Positions 47,484 through 55,651 of a DNA stretch of 64,000 bases are shown here, piece after piece (position 1 is the first letter of the stretch; each line of letters opens with the position of its first letter). Source of the DNA: Elusimicrobiota bacterium (GTDB lineage: Bacteria > Elusimicrobiota > Elusimicrobia > Elusimicrobiales > UBA9959); assembly GCA_012517285.1 (NCBI GenBank), contig JAAYVG010000034.1:41483-105482 (forward strand), given 5' to 3'. The notes beneath the pieces were generated by a model, which saw only the letters and a list, made by a program, of their open reading frames with translations, was not told the DNA's origin and did not search any database. The translations under genes were made by a program, and so were the position numbers.

Positions 47484-47932
47484 CGGGATCTACTGTCAAG
47501 GATGATTGTTACCGGGCCATCATTTTGAATGTCAACTGTCATCTCTTCCTGAAAAACACCTGTTTTTATCTTTTCTGCAATATATCTTGTTTTTAATTCA
47601 GCAACAAAATCATCATAAAAGATCTTTGCCAAATCAGGTTTCATAGCATTTGAAAAATCAGGTCTTCTTCCTTTTTTAGAATCAGCTAAAAGTGTAAACT
47701 GTGATACCACAAGTATTTCACCGTTTATATCCTTTATGGAATGGTCAAACTTTCCATCAATGTTAGAAAAAATTCTTAGGTTTAAAATCTTATCACTCAT
47801 CCATGCTATATCATCTTTTGTATCACCCTTTGAAAATCCTGCAAGCAAAAGATATCCTTCATTTATTTGCGAATGTATTAAACCATTTATTGTAACGCTT
47901 GATTTTAAAACCCTCTGAATAATACAAACCAT
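47480..47932 (-). CDS. dtd: D-aminoacyl-tRNA deacylase
   Basis: IIQRV, VVSQFTLLADSKKGRRPDF and NDGPVTIILDS. Confidence 0.9.
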   Translation of the reverse strand: MVCIIQRVLKSSVTINGLIHSQINEGYLLLAGFSKGDTKDDIAWMSDKILNLRIFSNIDGKFDHSIKDINGEILVVSQFTLLADSKKGRRPDFSNAMKPDLAKIFYDDFVAELKTRYIAEKIKTGVFQEEMTVDIQNDGPVTIILDSRSR

Positions 47933-47944
47933 AATTAGTTATTT

Positions 47945-48034
47945 AATCATCAAGATGAAGACAGACAGATTAGTTATTTGGTTATTTAGTTGTCTAGTTA
48001 TTTGGGAAGAAAAATCATCAGGATGTAAACGAAC
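47945..48034. repeat. Head-arm-head intergenic element, copy upstream of dtd
   Basis: AATCATCAAGATGAAGACAGACAGAT, then TAGTTATTTGGTTATTTAGTTGTCTAGTTATTTGGGAAGAAAA, then AATCATCAGGATGTAAACGAAC. Same orientation as the 47103-47192 copy, with roughly four fifths of positions matching by eye. Confidence 0.8.
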
Positions 48035-48159
48035 AAATTAGATGTTTAGCAGAGAATTTTACTATTCAAACCTTATAATCTACCAAGTTACTATACTCCT
48101 ATACATCTAAATTTCTATACTTTTACATATCTAATTAGATATTATTATCTTTGTTCAGT

Positions 48160-49284
48160 TTATTCTTCAAGTATTTCAACATTGGCTCTGGGAACTATTA
48201 CCTTCCTATCACCATCTAATTCAACCTCAAGAACCCTTACCTTGCTTTCTGTTGGTATCATCGTTGGCTCTGGTGGAAGATTTGAAACCTTTCCTATAAG
48301 ACCAAAGTATGGTTCTCTTATTATTCTTACCCTATCACCTATCTCCATCCATGTCCTTGTCTCAACCTTTCTTGTGGCATTTATTTTAGTTGGTGCCCCG
48401 CATATTATTATCTCAGGCCTCATAACACCTGCTCTTATCTGTGTCGCACCGCTTACCGATGCTTTTTCTCCTTCTCTTGCTTTTAAAAGCTTGAATGTGT
48501 AATCTGCCATCTTTATCTGACCAAATCCTTCTGTTACTATTATTGTAATACCTATGTGTTCTGTTCCTGTAACAGCAACGCCTATGTCATATCCTAAAAG
48601 CTGCCTCAGATCTTTATCGTGTATTCCACCAACAACAATTGCATTGACTCCACACTTTATTCCTTTTTTTATAGCTTCAATTCCAGCATGCCTTCCGCCA
48701 ATAATAATCTTTCCCTTGTCAGTATCTTTGATGTGTTCCGGAAGGAGTTCTTCATCGGGGGTATCAACAGCAACCCTTATCTCGCCGTTTGTTTCTCCAC
48801 CAACACCAAATATTCCCTGAATGAATGAGCCATCAGTTTCAACCTCAACTCCAAAATTCTCCTCGACTTTAACAACCTTACCATTTATGTATGCTTTAAG
48901 AGGAAGTGATTTAGGTGGTTCTCTGAAAAGAACCTGTCCAGTTATATCAGATATTGTGTCTATTGTACCAGTTATTGGAGACTGTATCTGAGTTCTTAAA
49001 AACTTTAAGAATGATTTACTCTCAGCTATTAGCTCTCCTTTTTTTACCTCATCCCCTTCTCGCTTTAACATGAATTTTTTAACCTCAGATGGATCTATTC
49101 CTAATCTGTTTGCAACATTGACGGAAAACACTTTTCCGGGAAGTTTTGCCTCAGCAACTATATCCATTGCATCAACTTCCTTACCAACTTCAACAAGGAC
49201 CTTACCGGGTATCGGCAGCATTCTCTTTTTATTTATCAAAGTTAAAGGTAGAACCTTCAAACCAGGTGTATAAGCATTTGCCAT
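48160..49284 (-). CDS. Hypothetical protein with an N-terminal barrel-sandwich (lipoyl/hybrid-like) motif and a C-terminal KOW-like motif
   Basis: GKVLVEVGKEVDAMDIVAE...GDEVKKGELIAE hybrid-motif pattern. C-terminal EIGDRVRIIREPYFGLIGKV resembles a KOW motif. Starts 9 nt after the stop codon of the upstream GlmL-like gene. Confidence 0.45.
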   Translation of the reverse strand: MANAYTPGLKVLPLTLINKKRMLPIPGKVLVEVGKEVDAMDIVAEAKLPGKVFSVNVANRLGIDPSEVKKFMLKREGDEVKKGELIAESKSFLKFLRTQIQSPITGTIDTISDITGQVLFREPPKSLPLKAYINGKVVKVEENFGVEVETDGSFIQGIFGVGGETNGEIRVAVDTPDEELLPEHIKDTDKGKIIIGGRHAGIEAIKKGIKCGVNAIVVGGIHDKDLRQLLGYDIGVAVTGTEHIGITIIVTEGFGQIKMADYTFKLLKAREGEKASVSGATQIRAGVMRPEIIICGAPTKINATRKVETRTWMEIGDRVRIIREPYFGLIGKVSNLPPEPTMIPTESKVRVLEVELDGDRKVIVPRANVEILEE

Positions 49285-49293
49285 TTTTTCCTC

Positions 49294-51093
49294 CTATTTC
49301 TTGGGATACATATTAACCTTGCTAAGCCACTTATCAAGACTTTCAACCCTTTTTGTTTCAGACTTTGGAAGCTCAAGCGGTCTTCCCCTTCCATCAAAAA
49401 GGATACCACCAACCCCACCCTGTATATTTGTCTTTACTTTTGAGTTCTTTCCTTCACCGACATCAAATCCCTTTGATGGCTTTAAAGTTATTTCTGCCTC
49501 TTCATCCTTTAATTCAACAAGATACATCTCTCCAAATTTTAATTCGCCATTTAGTTTCTTTCCTTCCTTTGTTTCTATCTCCCACTCAAGTATCTTTTCA
49601 CCTTCCTTAGCTAAACCAACAGGTGCTATGCTTGTTCCAAGTTTTATCAAACAATCATTATAAAAAACATCAAGTGAAGCCTTTTCACTTATCTGTGAAA
49701 GAACTCCAAGATGAGGCATCATAAATATTGAGTCCACTGCCAAGAGTGTAACTCCCTCTAACTGGTATGAATCAGTCATCAAAACCATTGCCTGAACCCT
49801 TCTCGGTGAATGAGCAAGCACACCACCAGAACCTATTACATAGTTGAGTTTCATCATATTTATCAGCGACTGTCCGCTTGAGGTCTGATCAAAAGCATCT
49901 GATATTGATCTTTCCTGTTGAACACCCTTAAGTCCTACAGCAAGGAGTTTGTGCTGATCTAAGGCAAGTCTAAGCGCTTCTCTTGCTACAGCATGCTCAA
50001 TCATCAGATCCTCAATTGTCTGTGGTATTGTCGTTGGTCTTATCATCTTATTCTTTAATCTGTTTCTTACATCCTGCTCATCTATTTTAAAAGGTAACCA
50101 TCTCATTATGTTGTGTATCCCTGACTCAGCCATAACATTTGAAACAGAGTAGCTCATTCCTAAGTTTGCACTAACTGTTCTATTGAAGATCTCATCAAAA
50201 ACAGAAAAGACATCAGTTGTTGCACCGCCGATATCAACAGCAAGAACATTATAACCCTTTGCCTTTGCAAATTTTTCTGTCATAAGTCCAACAGCCATAG
50301 GTGTTGGCATTATTGGAGCACCAACCATATTCATGAGCTTCGGATATCCAGGCGCTTGTTGCATAACATGTTCAAGAAAAACATCATGGATCTTGTGCCT
50401 TGCCGGCATTAGATTTTCTTTTTCAAGTGTTGGTCTTATGTTGTCTGTTATTATAAGAGCAGTTTTTTCTCCAAGTATTTCTTTTACCTGTTCTCTTGCT
50501 GCAGCGTTACCGGCATATATCACAGGAAGCTTGTATGATGCACCCAGCCTTGGCTTAGGATCTGCTGCCTTTATGAAGTTTGCAAGCTCAACAACATGGG
50601 TTACAGTTCCACCGTCAGTTCCACCAGAAAGTAGTATCATATCAGGCCTAAGCTGTCTTATCCTTTCTATTTTTTCATGGTCAGCCCTTCCATCATTTGA
50701 TGCTATTATATCCATAACTATAGCACCTGCGCCCAGTGCACATCTCTGGGCGGATTCCCCTGTCATTGCTTTAACAGCACCCTGAACCATCATCTGAAGT
50801 CCACCACCAGCAGAACTCGTTGAAACATATATATCAACACCGACATTTCCTTTGTTGGGTGTTATAACCTTATCACCATCTAAAATCTTTCTTCCAGAAA
50901 GCTCCTCAACCTCTATCATTGAATTTTTTACCCCGCAGGTAACATCCTCAAAAGGTGCTTCAACAGTAGTTGGAGCCTCTCCCCTAAAAGTCTGTCTGTA
51001 TGTATCACCCTTTTTTTCTATGAGGATTGCCTTTGTGGTTGTGCTACCACAATCTGTTGCTATTATCACATTTAAATCCTTATCGTTCATCAT
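49294..51093 (-). CDS. GlmL/MutL-like (glutamate mutase accessory protein family) ASKHA-fold ATPase
   Basis: N-terminal phosphate-1 motif ATDCGSTTTKAIL, a second DIGGATTDVF motif and SGGTDGG. Length is about 600 aa. Confidence 0.6.
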   Translation of the reverse strand: MMNDKDLNVIIATDCGSTTTKAILIEKKGDTYRQTFRGEAPTTVEAPFEDVTCGVKNSMIEVEELSGRKILDGDKVITPNKGNVGVDIYVSTSSAGGGLQMMVQGAVKAMTGESAQRCALGAGAIVMDIIASNDGRADHEKIERIRQLRPDMILLSGGTDGGTVTHVVELANFIKAADPKPRLGASYKLPVIYAGNAAAREQVKEILGEKTALIITDNIRPTLEKENLMPARHKIHDVFLEHVMQQAPGYPKLMNMVGAPIMPTPMAVGLMTEKFAKAKGYNVLAVDIGGATTDVFSVFDEIFNRTVSANLGMSYSVSNVMAESGIHNIMRWLPFKIDEQDVRNRLKNKMIRPTTIPQTIEDLMIEHAVAREALRLALDQHKLLAVGLKGVQQERSISDAFDQTSSGQSLINMMKLNYVIGSGGVLAHSPRRVQAMVLMTDSYQLEGVTLLAVDSIFMMPHLGVLSQISEKASLDVFYNDCLIKLGTSIAPVGLAKEGEKILEWEIETKEGKKLNGELKFGEMYLVELKDEEAEITLKPSKGFDVGEGKNSKVKTNIQGGVGGILFDGRGRPLELPKSETKRVESLDKWLSKVNMYPKK

Positions 51094-51107
51094 TCCTCCT
51101 CGTAGAA

Positions 51108-51362
51108 GTGGTCAGTGATTAGTGGTCAGTGGTTAGTATTAAGGTATTCTCCTTATTTCTGACCACTGATTTGCTTTTTGTCTTTTCTGTCCTCTGATTT
51201 CTGACTTCTGCCTTCTGTCCACTGTCCTCTGTTCACTGATCACTGTTTCTGGTTTTACTGATCACTATTTTTGCTGACCACTGATCACTATTTTGTTTTG
51301 CTGATCACTGACCACTAATCACTATTTTGTTTTGCTGACCACTGATTACTGACCACTGTCCA
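51108..51362. repeat. Largest heptamer/word-repeat array in the window
   Basis: GTGRTYA x4 at 51108-51135. Core variant AAGGTATTCTCCTTATTTCT at 51141-51160. 13 in-phase CTGNNNN positions at 51159-51249, 11 of them exact CTG. Then degenerate ~30-nt tandem units built of CTGATCACT/CTGACCACT...ATTTTGTTTTG. Confidence 0.85.
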
Positions 51363-51650
51363 CTATTTAAGCTGACTCTTAAAAAACTCAAGCCCTTCAG
51401 GATTTTCAAGAAGTTCTGCAGCTCTCTCCATATCTTTTTTTGAAAGCAAAAAACCGAGCGTTGGCTTCAAAAAATATATAAAGTTTGAAACAAGAACATT
51501 AACAGGTCTTGAACTTTCCGCCATAAGAACCGCAATGTCTGAAAGATTTCTTTTCTTTATCTTTAAACAAATCTTTGATAAAAAAACTTTATCATCTTCC
51601 GTTAATTCTTTTGAAACATTCACTTTAAAAGCATTAGACCATATGCCCAT
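51363..51650 (-). CDS. Hypothetical 95-aa protein
   Basis: ORF only. No recognisable motif. Confidence 0.35.
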   Translation of the reverse strand: MGIWSNAFKVNVSKELTEDDKVFLSKICLKIKKRNLSDIAVLMAESSRPVNVLVSNFIYFLKPTLGFLLSKKDMERAAELLENPEGLEFFKSQLK

Positions 51651-51689
51651 ACGAATATTATATTATTTTTAAATAAAATTATTCAAACT

Positions 51690-52973
51690 TTATAACACCT
51701 CAAACTCTTCTCTCCACTCAACCTTCCTTGTATAAATCTCTTTTTTAATTCTGCTCATATTTATATAAAACCAGAAGTTTATTAGAATAATCCATATAGC
51801 ACAAAAAAATATTGTATTTAAAATACCAATCTTATCACATAAATATCCCCAGAAAAGATTTCCTAGTGGCCCAAGTCCAGTAAAACTGAGTGTGTATACG
51901 CTTATTACTCTTCCTCTTACTTCATCGCTTACAAGCGTCTGTGTTACAGTATTTATTCCTATTGCCTGTCTTGACATACCCATCCCTATAAAAATAAACA
52001 TAAAGTATGAAAGATATTTAAAATATTTAAAACCTGAAAAGGCAGCAATTATAATGAGAGCGATGCCATACATGGTGGAAAATTTGTTTATCATTTTAAT
52101 ATATCTCTTTGGCTTTTTCATGGATGCTATATCAAGACATGATATAACAGCTCCAAGTCCTATTATTGCCATCAGCATACCAAGTGTTTGAGAATCACCT
52201 CCGACTTTTTTCACATAAACAGGCATAAGTGTTATTATAGGGGTTGTAACAAAGCTTAACAAAAACATAAATGTGATAGGATACCTTATAAAATCTGTTT
52301 TTGATATATATTTGAGTCCAGTTATAAACGAATCCTTTATGTTCGATATATCTTTTGTATCAATTTTACTTTTTTTAAACTCAATTGGTATGATTTTGTA
52401 TAGCGCTACTATTATAAAAAAATAAGAAATCCCGTTCAGTATAAAACACCATCCCTCGTCAGTATATTTTATCATGAATCCTGCAATCATAGGGCCTATT
52501 ATTCTTGCAATATTTACCATCGTTGAATTAAGTGCTATAGCATTATGAAGGATTGCTCTCGGAACAATGTGTATGACAAAGCTCTGTCTGAATGGTGCGT
52601 CAAATGCACCTACAATTCCCATTGTAAAGCCGATTATAAAAATATATATTACCTTAATACTACCAAAAACTGTTAAAAAACCTAATAAAAATGCAAAAAA
52701 CATTGCCAGCGATTGTGTAACATAAAGCCCCTTTTTAATTGAAATTTTATCAGCTACAACTCCTGCCAGATATGAAAACATTAGTGCAGGTATTGTGTTT
52801 ATGAACCCCATTAATCCGAGCATTTTTGAAGAACCTGTGAGCCTGTAAACAAGCCAGCTAAGAGCAGTTGATTGCATCCATGTCCCAAAGAGTGATAAGG
52901 TTTGACCTGAAAAATAGTAAAGATAATTTTTTTCTTTAAACACACGAGTTATATTTGAAAAACCTGATGCCAT
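51690..52973 (-). CDS. MFS transporter (EntS/MFS_3-like)
   Basis: 12 predicted TM helices. N-terminal FRNxxFxxLWxGQxxSxxG-like pattern (FKEKNYLYYFSGQTLSLFGTW). Confidence 0.8.
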   Translation of the reverse strand: MASGFSNITRVFKEKNYLYYFSGQTLSLFGTWMQSTALSWLVYRLTGSSKMLGLMGFINTIPALMFSYLAGVVADKISIKKGLYVTQSLAMFFAFLLGFLTVFGSIKVIYIFIIGFTMGIVGAFDAPFRQSFVIHIVPRAILHNAIALNSTMVNIARIIGPMIAGFMIKYTDEGWCFILNGISYFFIIVALYKIIPIEFKKSKIDTKDISNIKDSFITGLKYISKTDFIRYPITFMFLLSFVTTPIITLMPVYVKKVGGDSQTLGMLMAIIGLGAVISCLDIASMKKPKRYIKMINKFSTMYGIALIIIAAFSGFKYFKYLSYFMFIFIGMGMSRQAIGINTVTQTLVSDEVRGRVISVYTLSFTGLGPLGNLFWGYLCDKIGILNTIFFCAIWIILINFWFYINMSRIKKEIYTRKVEWREEFEVL

Positions 52974-53034
52974 ATATAACCTATTTTATCATTTTTGAAA
53001 TTATGAATCAGTAAAGAATTAAAAAAATTCAGAT

Positions 53035-53505
53035 TTAATTATTAAAGAAGAATTTAATTTTTACTTTTTCCCCTTCTTTAATTCCTAATTTTTCCGATTG
53101 GCCAGCATTTATTTCAATGACATATTTAGCATAACTTTCAATCTTAGGCAGTTCATCATCACTCATATTTTCATTATATTCTTCTACATTTTTAAATATT
53201 TTATTAACCTTCATATTTTTTGATAAGAATATTATATCAAGCGGTATATATGTGTTTTTCATCCAGAATGTTCGGCTTTCTTCTTCATCAAATATAAATA
53301 TCATACCGCATTTGTCACAAAGCTTTTTCCTGAACATTAGTCCTAACTCTTTTTGTTGCTCAGTTCTTGCCACCTCAAGGTTAATGCTTTCTCTATTTAC
53401 AATCATAACAGCAGATTTTATGTTTTCATTTTTTTTATTAAAAAAATATACAAGAATGAAAGTTATTATTATGATTGACAAAGATATTAATATAATTTTT
53501 TTCAT
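53035..53505 (-). CDS. DUF192-family protein
   Basis: N-terminal TM, then GLMFRKKL...GMIFIF...FWMKNTYIPLDIIFL. Confidence 0.7.
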   Translation of the reverse strand: MKKIILISLSIIIITFILVYFFNKKNENIKSAVMIVNRESINLEVARTEQQKELGLMFRKKLCDKCGMIFIFDEEESRTFWMKNTYIPLDIIFLSKNMKVNKIFKNVEEYNENMSDDELPKIESYAKYVIEINAGQSEKLGIKEGEKVKIKFFFNN

Positions 53506-53948
53506 TTAAAGTATTTTTCTATTAAAACTTTAAGCAAGTTTGTCTCTTTTAATTCTTTTTCAAACTTATTCTTTATCTTATTTGATTCGCTAAAGTTTTT
53601 AATTATATCATAATTATTTTTTTTTGCTATATCAAAGACTGTTTTTCCCTCATCCTTTATCTCGTTTAATACTGTTTCAATATTTATAGACTTTTCACAG
53701 CACATTTTGATTAAAAATATCAACTCTGTTCTATAAAACCCAATTTTTTTAAGTTCATAAACCTTTGCTAATTTATCATCAGTGATTAAAATATCAGATG
53801 GACAATTATCAGGAAGTGAAAAATAATCTATAACCTTTTTAGTAAAACCTGAATCATAAATAGAATACTCAATTGTATAGGTATGAGTAGATACGTCATA
53901 TTCATTGGAAAAAAGATTGATATGTAAAAAAAGAATAATACTTAACAT
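53502..53948 (-). CDS. Hypothetical protein
   Basis: ORF coupled to both neighbours (a 4-nt and a 1-nt overlap). No recognisable motif. Confidence 0.4.
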   Translation of the reverse strand: MLSIILFLHINLFSNEYDVSTHTYTIEYSIYDSGFTKKVIDYFSLPDNCPSDILITDDKLAKVYELKKIGFYRTELIFLIKMCCEKSINIETVLNEIKDEGKTVFDIAKKNNYDIIKNFSESNKIKNKFEKELKETNLLKVLIEKYFK

Positions 53949-54181
53949 TACATAGATGTTGTAACAAGGGTTTCTGTGGAAAGCACCCCAGGAATATTTC
54001 TTATCTCAGTTACAACTACATTTGAAAGTTGTTCCAAATCATTTGTTTCCATATCAAGAACGAGATCCCATCTACCAAACACTGCTGACATATGAATAAC
54101 CTCTTTTATTGTTCTGAGCTTTGTTAAAACCTGTTTTTCTTTTCCAGGTATCATTTTTACCAGTACAAGTCCTGTAACCAT
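53948..54181 (-). CDS. Stand-alone Lrp/AsnC ligand-binding (RAM) domain protein
   Basis: 77 aa. LVKMIPGKEKQVLTKLRTIKEVIHMSAVFGRWDLVL...IPGVLSTETLV matches the AsnC_trans_reg fold pattern, without an HTH. Confidence 0.65.
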   Translation of the reverse strand: MVTGLVLVKMIPGKEKQVLTKLRTIKEVIHMSAVFGRWDLVLDMETNDLEQLSNVVVTEIRNIPGVLSTETLVTTSM

Positions 54182-54324
54182 AACATTCCTCCAATTAAAA
54201 CAGAAGTCAGAAAACAGAAATTAAAAATCAAAAGTTTTTACTCTTTATTAGCTTTCACTCATTTAATTTGTCTTTAATAAGTAAATATTTTTAACTAACT
54301 ATTATTTTACTATATTTATTTATC

Positions 54325-54630
54325 CTATTTAAACAGTACTTTTGACCTCGGATAAATATAAGGATTTTCTTCTTTCTTATAATATTCCCAGATATCATCC
54401 CCAAAGGATTTTATCAGCCAGTTCACATCGTCCGAGATTATACCTAAACTATCATCTGTTACAAATCTTTTGCACATCTTTTTATCCTTGTGGCATTCAT
54501 CTTTCTCCCATTCTTCAAAGAATTCTTTGTAATCTTTATCATTAATGTGCTCCTTACTGAATATAGCCCATTCTTTCCCCTCATCACAATCAGCAGGTTT
54601 TTTACATTTAGATTTACAATCTTTTGGCAA
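54325..54630 (-). CDS. Hypothetical Cys-rich small protein, last gene of the zinc-ribbon operon
   Basis: TTG start 8 nt after the upstream stop, with no SD. The N-terminus CKSKCKKPADC and an internal CHKDKKMC make five Cys in the first 53 aa. Confidence 0.4.
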   Translation of the reverse strand: MPKDCKSKCKKPADCDEGKEWAIFSKEHINDKDYKEFFEEWEKDECHKDKKMCKRFVTDDSLGIISDDVNWLIKSFGDDIWEYYKKEENPYIYPRSKVLFK

Positions 54631-54638
54631 ATCACATA

Positions 54639-55304
54639 TTATTGCATTTTATTTCCACATTCACCACAGAATTTAGTTCCTGCTGGATTTTGTGCTCCAC
54701 ATTTTGGACATTTAATCATAGCAAGCGATGCGCCACAATTATTACAGAATTTACCCTCGCCAGCAGGTTTTCCACATTGAGGACAGATGGTTTGTTTGCT
54801 TTCTATGTTGCCTGTAAAAACAGGAGTGTCTTGAGCTGCTGCATTTATATCCTTTACCATCTTCTTTGCCTTTGCTGCCGCTATTTCTACATTGGCTCTC
54901 GGAGCATCCTTTATACATAGTCCTTCTTGCTCATTCCAGCAATTTTCACAGACATAATGCGAACATTTTGGGCATCTTTTAAAATGCTCTTTTGCCTCAT
55001 TTTGTGCAAGCTCAAAGGCTTCATCATGCTCTTTATGCCACTCTGGCGACATCCCTTTAAATTTTTCTCCTATTATATCTGCGGCTCGTTCGGCTCCATA
55101 TCCCATATTATATTTTCCTGTAAATTGAGCTGCTGCACTCAAAAGCCCTCCAATTCCCTTGAATAGTTTCCCCTTTTTATAGGTTTTGGATTCTATAAAT
55201 TTTGTTTTATAGCCTTCCCTGCAAATATCGCAGTAAAAGGTGAATTGAAAACCAGATTCCGTACTGTTGTCAGCGAAATTGCTTGTGAATGGTTGTAGTG
55301 CCAT
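54639..55304 (-). CDS. Zinc-ribbon protein (N-terminal CxxC pair region plus C-terminal double zinc ribbon)
   Basis: CDIC...CPKCSHYVCENC, then CPQCGKPAGEGKFCNNCG and CPKCGAQNPAGTKFCGECG. AGGAGG lies 4 nt before the ATG. Confidence 0.7.
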   Translation of the reverse strand: MALQPFTSNFADNSTESGFQFTFYCDICREGYKTKFIESKTYKKGKLFKGIGGLLSAAAQFTGKYNMGYGAERAADIIGEKFKGMSPEWHKEHDEAFELAQNEAKEHFKRCPKCSHYVCENCWNEQEGLCIKDAPRANVEIAAAKAKKMVKDINAAAQDTPVFTGNIESKQTICPQCGKPAGEGKFCNNCGASLAMIKCPKCGAQNPAGTKFCGECGNKMQ

Positions 55305-55312
55305 AACTCCTC

Positions 55313-55651
55313 CTATTTTTTTATTTTAAGTTCAGATCCACACTTAATGCATTTATTTCCTATTGGGGGTTGTTCTGTTTTGCATTTTGGATTTGGACAG
55401 ACAACGATTATTCTTTTTCCACAATGGTCACAATAATCAGAAAAAAAAGTAATTTTTCCACATGCTGAACATTCTATTTCCAATGCCAAACCACAATTGG
55501 GACAATTTTTCCATCCTTTTTCAATGGGGTCCTGACATTTGGGGCATCTTAATGGCCCAAGAGGATTATTTTTGCCACACAAAGGACATATCCTTGAATC
55601 AGAAGGTATCAATTTGTTGCAGTATCGGCATGGGTGTTTGTATCCTGGCAT
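55313..55651 (-). CDS. Multi-zinc-ribbon protein (about five CxxC...CxxC units, no other domain)
   Basis: CRYC..CPLCG, CPKC..CPNCG, CSACG..CDHCG and CPNPKC..CIKCG. GAGGAGG lies 4 nt before the ATG, with an in-frame stop 4 codons upstream. Confidence 0.7.
   Translation of the reverse strand: MPGYKHPCRYCNKLIPSDSRICPLCGKNNPLGPLRCPKCQDPIEKGWKNCPNCGLALEIECSACGKITFFSDYCDHCGKRIIVVCPNPKCKTEQPPIGNKCIKCGSELKIKK

Noticed and set aside
51230-51362. Possible CRISPR array, because of regularly recurring CTGATCACT/CTGACCACT...ATTTTGTTTTG units
   Set aside because: The period is only about 27-34 nt, with no unique spacers between repeats, and the units are degenerate. No cas genes or leader are present. 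It is a word or tandem repeat, not CRISPR.
55609-55651. Programmed frameshift fusing the 438-aa protein to the 112-aa zinc-ribbon protein
   Set aside because: The zinc-ribbon frame has an in-frame stop 4 codons upstream of its ATG and its own GAGGAGG RBS. No slippery heptamer is evident. Independent, coupled initiation is the simpler reading.
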